Origin: an uncultured Candidatus Saccharibacteria bacterium
GTDB taxonomy: Bacteria; Patescibacteriota; Saccharimonadia; Saccharimonadales; CAZWFS01
DNA length: 64,000 nucleotides
NCBI GenBank assembly: GCA_964633325.1
Contig: CAZWFS010000001.1
Location: 3,063 to 67,062, forward strand
Reading direction: 5' to 3'
This document shows positions 58,551 to 64,000 of this stretch, piece after piece; within the stretch, counting starts at the first letter, position 1; every line of letters begins with the position of its first letter. The notes beneath the pieces were generated by a model. That model was not told the DNA's origin. It worked only from the letters and a program-made list of their open reading frames with translations, and searched no databases. The position numbers and the translations under genes are program-made.

Positions 58551-58979
58551 TTATAGTTTATTAAGTACGAATATTACGATGGATTGGGCCAACGCCGCCA
58601 CCACTAGGCCGATTACCGCGAACAGCACGCTGTCACGCGCGCTATTGACTTTGTTTATATCGCCGCTGGCAGTCACGAAACGGATAGCGCCGATTATAAT
58701 GACGAACAGCGCTACAACCCCGACTACCATAGATAAAATATTAGCTATTTTAGTCAGGATGCCATTAGGCCCATAAAGTTTATTACTGCCAGGTTCTTGT
58801 GGGGTATTATCCTTGCATATAGTGGCGCTCGGAGTAGACTGGCAGACCGGGTCTAAGACCTGGGCCCTAACGGCTTGGGTGCCTGATAGCGCAAAAGCCA
58901 ACGTCATTATAGCCATAAGCAACAAGCTCCGTAACCTTTTAGGTGCCCACACATTAAGCATTTGCAAAATATGGGTCAT
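58551..58979 (-). CDS. TrbC/VirB2-like pilin
   Basis: AIRFVTASGD...ARDSVLFAVIGL. Confidence 0.85.
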   Translation of the reverse strand: MTHILQMLNVWAPKRLRSLLLMAIMTLAFALSGTQAVRAQVLDPVCQSTPSATICKDNTPQEPGSNKLYGPNGILTKIANILSMVVGVVALFVIIIGAIRFVTASGDINKVNSARDSVLFAVIGLVVAALAQSIVIFVLNKL

Positions 58980-59275
58980 TACGATACACCCCTTAGTACC
59001 AAGCTTACGATACTGAAAGCCAGGACAGAAATCGCCAGGCCTACGGCCGCGTAGATTATGGAGTTACGGGCTTTGGCTGTTTGGCTTGAATCGCCCAAGG
59101 CAACGGAGAATTTAATCCCTTGGATAATAAGGATGATAAGTGTACCTGCCCCAATAAGCCCGAACACTATCTGCAGGATGCCCCGAAGGCTAGCATCGGT
59201 AAAATCCGGCTGCGGAAGTTTTACATCTTGACGCGGTACATTCACCTGGGCAAGATAAGATAAAAGCTTCGTCAT
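58979..59275 (-). CDS. TrbC/VirB2-like pilin
   Basis: GIKFSVALGD...ARNSIIYAAVGL. Confidence 0.8.
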   Translation of the reverse strand: MTKLLSYLAQVNVPRQDVKLPQPDFTDASLRGILQIVFGLIGAGTLIILIIQGIKFSVALGDSSQTAKARNSIIYAAVGLAISVLAFSIVSLVLRGVS

Positions 59276-59634
59276 ATAAGGCTCCCCGCTACAAGGTTGA
59301 CAATTACGGTGGCTGAAGCAGCTATGGCTAGGCCAATCAGGGCATTGATTATAGTGTTCAGAGCCTTCTTTGCGTTATCAGGTTCACCTTGGCTTAGGAT
59401 GTATTTGATGCCGCCAAATATGACGAACGCAACAGCTACCATACCCCCAAGTCGCAATAATATTTCCGCTAGTGCTAGCAGAATTTTGCCTATATCGTCC
59501 GGAAAATTAATAATAGGCGAGCATTTGCCAGCTATGGATTCTTCCCCCAAATACTTATACCAGGTAGGAAACATTTTGAAGGCCTTCGGATCACCGCAAG
59601 CCGCAAACTGTGTGAGTATATCCCAGCCAACCAT
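59272..59634 (-). CDS. TrbC/VirB2-like pilin
   Basis: FPTWYKYL; GGIKYILSQGEP...IINALIGL; TAATG coupling. Confidence 0.82.
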   Translation of the reverse strand: MVGWDILTQFAACGDPKAFKMFPTWYKYLGEESIAGKCSPIINFPDDIGKILLALAEILLRLGGMVAVAFVIFGGIKYILSQGEPDNAKKALNTIINALIGLAIAASATVIVNLVAGSLI

Positions 59635-60191
59635 TAGAATATGCCCCCTGGCACCAACCATTGCAGAAAGGCAAAGGTGAAAATGTATGCAATAAGGGCT
59701 ATGACGGCATTGCCAATACGTTTTTGGGCGGCTTGCGCTGTCTGCGGGTTATCTGCCGAAGCCGAGTACTGGATACCACCGATAATGATCATGATGACAA
59801 CAGTAATTCCCACAATCGCCGACAGGGCCCTGATGAAAATTACCAGGTATCTGATAATACCGCAGTTACTTTGGTCTAGACCCACAGAACTGCAGTCATT
59901 TTTAACGTATTTTGGAGTGTCGGTTGTCTTCGTGGGGTTATAGCTATGGCTAGTGTCGGGACAGGTTGTGCCAGGAGCTAGTGTTCCGGGCGGGCCGCCT
60001 GGGCAGCCTGCTGGGATCACTGGGCACACCACACCAGGAGCGCGCGGCCCAGCTGGACCACCGGGGCAGCCGGCTGGGATAGTTTGGGCGCCTACAAACA
60101 ATGCAGAGCTAGAAAAGATAATGAAGCCGGACAGAGCCGCCGTGGCAAGCACGGCGATCCTTATTGGAAATGATTTCTTTTTGTGAGACAT
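59634..60191 (-). CDS. TrbC/VirB2-like pilin with Cys/Pro/Gly repeat insert
   Basis: GGIQYSASADNP...RIGNAVI; IPAGCPGGP twice. Confidence 0.8.
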   Translation of the reverse strand: MSHKKKSFPIRIAVLATAALSGFIIFSSSALFVGAQTIPAGCPGGPAGPRAPGVVCPVIPAGCPGGPPGTLAPGTTCPDTSHSYNPTKTTDTPKYVKNDCSSVGLDQSNCGIIRYLVIFIRALSAIVGITVVIMIIIGGIQYSASADNPQTAQAAQKRIGNAVIALIAYIFTFAFLQWLVPGGIF

Positions 60192-60297
60192 ATCTGATGC
60201 CGATTTTACAAACATTACCGGTGAAAGTCAAAAACACTACCTAAATCGCTTGTGTATTGAACCGTCTGGTATAATCTAAAAGCAAGAACTATCAAAC

Positions 60298-62712
60298 ATG
60301 AAAACAAAGCATATAATAATTTCCCTGTTCATGACCGTCATTTGCGGTCAGCTTTTACTCCTGCTAGCGCCACTATCGGCATCGACGGCCACCTATCAAG
60401 GAAAGTGGATCGATAGGAGCACCATTGAAATAAATGGCGTAAAATATATTGACAATAAGACCAGTGACAATACTCACCATTTCCAGGAAAACGGCAATGA
60501 CGACAAATCGAAATGTGTCGATGTTATCAAGGAGTTTAACAACGGCGATATTACCAAAGCTACCTCCGCACATTTGGTTAAGTGGGAAAGTTACTCACCC
60601 CGTATACCTGGTTTAGGCTCAGTTGATGCCACCTGTGTAGAGAAAAGCACTGACACGGTAAACATAGATCCCGCCTCGCTTGCGAACGCCAACAAGCCTC
60701 CTGGCGCTAACCCCAGCGGGCAGAATGAGGAGGACACTTGTGAATCCCATGGAGTTATGGCATGGCTCATGTGCCCGGTTATAGAGCTGTTGGACGGCAC
60801 CTTTAATTGGCTCGACACACAAATCCAAGCCTTATTAGAAATTAATCAAGACGCCTACACCAGCCCTAAGCTTCGTGAAGCCTGGGGTGCAATGCGTAAT
60901 ATCGCCTATATCATCTTGGTGCCCATGATGCTTGTCATGGTTATTGGTACGGCGCTCGGTATTGAATTGTTCAGCGCCTATACCGTCAAAAAAGCCATGC
61001 CGCGGATGGTAGCGGCTGTTATATTTATGACTTTGTCGTGGCAAATTTGCACTTTTATCATCGGTTTTTTCAATGTGGTCGGCGCTGGTGCCCTGGGTCT
61101 CATGACCGCCCCTTTTGGTGCGGCGCTGCAAGGCGACGTCACCCTCTCCCGCTTGTTCGAGGTCAGTTATGGGGGCTCGGTGGGTCAGTTTGCGGGCATC
61201 GGTGCTTTCTTACTGTTAATCAATAATATATCGGGTTTGATGGGTATTATAATGAGCTACCTTGGCCTGGCTGTTCTAGTAATGATCATTACCTTTTTGG
61301 TGCTGACCCTCCGCCAGATGTTCGTACTAGCTTTACTGGTGGTATCGCCGCTGGCTATCCTAGCGTGGATATTCCCTGGTAACGACAAGCTTTGGAAGTC
61401 CTGGTGGGGATTGTTCTCTAAGTTACTCATGATGTTCCCGCTCATAATGGTGCTTATTGGTGTTGGCCGGGTATTCGCGTTTATCATTGGGAACACTCCA
61501 GGAGGAACACTCCAAGGCAGTTTATTAAATCCTATCCTAAAAATTGTAGCCTATACGATTCCCTACGCGCTGATACCGCTGACGTTTAAGTTTGCCGGGG
61601 GAGTGTTTGCTACCGTTACCGGCATGGTCAATGACCGTAGCAAGGGCGTATTCGACAGAATGGGCAAGAAGCGCCAACAGAAATACGAACGGACAGGGCG
61701 GCAAGTGCTCCAAAAACGGGCTGACTGGCAGAACCGTTTGCAAACGGCCGCATCGCAGAACCGACCGGGGGCAAGAGGCGCAATGCAAAGTTTTGCCCTC
61801 GGAAAACTATCTAGAGGAGTGGGGGGCTATAATGTGATGGCGGCCGATTCAGCACGCCGCGCGGCTGTGCAGAAAGAGCTCAATGACCAAATCAACACTG
61901 GTCGTGATGATGAAATCCGCGGATTAACGGTAAATAAGGCAGCGGCAACACTGCAAAATGGATTAATGCGCCTCCACACGAATCCTGACGGTACTGAAAC
62001 CCGGCAATATAAAACTCTTGGTGGAGCATGGGTAAGTGAAGCGGCAGTCGATGACGGGTACCGGCGCTGGGGTGATGATAGTTACGCGCAGCAAACTGCC
62101 TTGTCTTACGAGATGCGCAAAGCGGCTACAGACGAAGAAGTCCAGGGCATTGGTGAAAGGTACCAGGATCTTGCGGTTGGCGGATGGGGTATGAGCGGGA
62201 ATATGGCAACTGGGACACTTAAGGGCGCTGGTTTCGAAAATCAGGGCACCCACTTGGAATTCAAACACATGAAACTGGATGGTAGCTTGGACCACGAGGC
62301 TTTTGTCAAAGAAGCGTATGAAAAGAAGGGCAGCTACCCATTGTCTCAAATGAGCGGGCACACTATTAAGCAGCTAAGGAATTCCCACGCTGCGGCAGTA
62401 GCGTCAGGAGATACTGAAACCCAGAGAAGGGTTGCAAGCGTGGCGGAAACATTCATGACCAGATATGGAGCGGGCGATGGCATGATGGATGATGGCAGTG
62501 GGAACATGGTACCTGCGCCGACTGGGGCTAGGGGACCAGCAGCTCCAGCTTATCAGACCAATTCCCATGGTGCCGCTTCTGTAGCCGAGGAAGTACGCAA
62601 ACTGGCCGTAGACACAGGAGTTTACCGAAGAGACGTGCATACAACCCCTGGCACACTTCCTGTAAGTCCGGGGCCAGTAGGTCCTATTCCTCCTATTGAT
62701 CCTCATCACTAG
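60298..62712 (+). CDS. VirB6/TrbL-like T4SS inner-membrane protein
   Basis: signal peptide, multi-TM core (RQM...SPLA...PG...W..W), long tail; lies between pilins and PrgI. Confidence 0.72.
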   Translation: MKTKHIIISLFMTVICGQLLLLLAPLSASTATYQGKWIDRSTIEINGVKYIDNKTSDNTHHFQENGNDDKSKCVDVIKEFNNGDITKATSAHLVKWESYSPRIPGLGSVDATCVEKSTDTVNIDPASLANANKPPGANPSGQNEEDTCESHGVMAWLMCPVIELLDGTFNWLDTQIQALLEINQDAYTSPKLREAWGAMRNIAYIILVPMMLVMVIGTALGIELFSAYTVKKAMPRMVAAVIFMTLSWQICTFIIGFFNVVGAGALGLMTAPFGAALQGDVTLSRLFEVSYGGSVGQFAGIGAFLLLINNISGLMGIIMSYLGLAVLVMIITFLVLTLRQMFVLALLVVSPLAILAWIFPGNDKLWKSWWGLFSKLLMMFPLIMVLIGVGRVFAFIIGNTPGGTLQGSLLNPILKIVAYTIPYALIPLTFKFAGGVFATVTGMVNDRSKGVFDRMGKKRQQKYERTGRQVLQKRADWQNRLQTAASQNRPGARGAMQSFALGKLSRGVGGYNVMAADSARRAAVQKELNDQINTGRDDEIRGLTVNKAAATLQNGLMRLHTNPDGTETRQYKTLGGAWVSEAAVDDGYRRWGDDSYAQQTALSYEMRKAATDEEVQGIGERYQDLAVGGWGMSGNMATGTLKGAGFENQGTHLEFKHMKLDGSLDHEAFVKEAYEKKGSYPLSQMSGHTIKQLRNSHAAAVASGDTETQRRVASVAETFMTRYGAGDGMMDDGSGNMVPAPTGARGPAAPAYQTNSHGAASVAEEVRKLAVDTGVYRRDVHTTPGTLPVSPGPVGPIPPIDPHH

Positions 62713-62794
62713 TTGCAAGTTGGCACAGGAAATATATAAATAAGCGTTTAGCTATAGTTGCGCGTAAGCATCTTGTACAGGATAATAAAAGTAT

Positions 62795-63958
62795 ATGGCA
62801 ACCTATAAAGTAATCCAGGATATTGAGGCTGAAGACAAGCTGCTAGGACCGCTGTCCTTAAGACAGTTTATCTATGCGGTAATTGTAGTGTTGCAGCTTT
62901 TCCTTGGCTATAAGCTACTTCCTATCAGTCCGTTTTTTATCGTACCAATGTTGCCGACCATTATCCTATTTACGGTGTTAGCGGCTCCGTTTGGAAGGGA
63001 CCAACCTTCTGAGGTATGGCTGCTGGCTAAGATCCGGTTTTTCCTAAAGCCCCGTAACCGTATATGGGATCAGAGCGGACTGAAGCAGCTGGTGACGATC
63101 ACCGTACCTAAACGGCCAGAGAAACACTTCACTAATAACTTGAGCCAGACCGAAGTGCACAGCCGCCTGCGCGCCCTGGCCGACACCATCGATAGCCGAG
63201 GCTGGGCCGTCAAGAACGTCAACGTCAATTTAAACAGCGAGCCTTCATACGCCGCGACCGGCTGGGGAAGTGACCGCCTAGTGGATGCCTCCAGCCTACC
63301 CCAAGAAGTACCCAGCTACGAAGTTACCGCTTCCGACGATATTATGGACGCCAGGAATAATCCAGTCGCACAACAATTGGACCAAATGATGATGGCCTCC
63401 GCCCAAGCTCACCGCAAGCAAGTAGTCCAGCAGATGCAGCAGCCAGCTGCCGCGCCGGCCAGCAATCCCGCGCCGACGCCAACTAATGACTATTGGTTCC
63501 TGAACCAGCCCGACCCCATGCAATTGCCAGATCCCGGCTATGTGACCTTTGGGGCACAGACCATTTCCCCGGGCACGCCATTGCCTGAAACCGCTGCATA
63601 CGGATATGCTGACCCGTCTGAAGAAGCAGCCATTGCCCAGCAGCTGCATACCCAGCAGTCTAATTCTCCGGCTGCGTCTTTTGCCCACATGAAAGTCATT
63701 AACCCATTGGGACAAGCTGAATCGCAGCCGCTATCGTCCGCCAATCCGCAGTCAACGGATGCCGCACAACAAGTAGCAGACGACAACGCAGTTAATGCTG
63801 ATAACAGATTGCAGACCACTAGCGGTACGCCCGCTAACCCTGCTATACTTAATCTGGCTAACAATAACGATCTGAATGTGGCGACGCTGCAGCGCGAAGC
63901 CAATCGTTCTACCAAGAAACATCCTCCGAACGATGAAGTAGTCATTTCGCTGCGATAA
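62795..63958 (+). CDS. PrgI family (VirB3-like) protein with long C-terminal extension
   Basis: YKVIQDIEAEDKLLGPLSLRQF. Confidence 0.85.
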   Translation: MATYKVIQDIEAEDKLLGPLSLRQFIYAVIVVLQLFLGYKLLPISPFFIVPMLPTIILFTVLAAPFGRDQPSEVWLLAKIRFFLKPRNRIWDQSGLKQLVTITVPKRPEKHFTNNLSQTEVHSRLRALADTIDSRGWAVKNVNVNLNSEPSYAATGWGSDRLVDASSLPQEVPSYEVTASDDIMDARNNPVAQQLDQMMMASAQAHRKQVVQQMQQPAAAPASNPAPTPTNDYWFLNQPDPMQLPDPGYVTFGAQTISPGTPLPETAAYGYADPSEEAAIAQQLHTQQSNSPAASFAHMKVINPLGQAESQPLSSANPQSTDAAQQVADDNAVNADNRLQTTSGTPANPAILNLANNNDLNVATLQREANRSTKKHPPNDEVVISLR

Positions 63959-64000
63959 GTATAAAAACGCGTATGTACCAAAGGGTGGAAATGAAAATCG

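Noticed and set aside
1-64000. CRISPR array, rRNA, group I/II intron, IS transposase
   Set aside because: No regularly spaced repeats or diagnostic motifs seen by eye

Overview
A 64-kb chromosomal window from a Candidate Phyla Radiation bacterium, most likely Saccharibacteria. This call rests on the pilin/VirB6/PrgI T4SS-like cluster, the short AlaRS and the many apparently leaderless genes. The backbone carries groES/EL with CIRCE, murE, tsaD, valS, arginase, a CarS-containing lipid operon, comF, hsp20 and four tRNAs. Two integrative elements sit at tRNA 3' ends. Element 1 (24275-34084, tRNA-Arg) carries an attenuator-controlled ABC-F. Its serine recombinase gene is split by the att site, so excision would add a 40-aa C-terminal tail ending in -LSAA. 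Element 2 (about 35226-55790, tRNA-Ser TGA) has two serine recombinases, a ParB-methylase/TerS/TerL module with no virion genes, and a helicase-nuclease. Its cargo is the main candidate for an undescribed system: three class II aminoacyl-tRNA synthetases (archaeal-type ThrRS with an apparently substituted Zn ligand, ProRS, AlaRS), each behind its own amino-acid sensor. The sensors are a Thr4 leader-peptide attenuator, a Pro-rich leader-peptide attenuator and an Ala (GCC) T-box with an ultrashort Stem I. An EamA exporter, a VanX-like peptidase, CsaA and an unknown protein accompany them. All calls come from reading the sequence and recognising motifs; no database searches were run.
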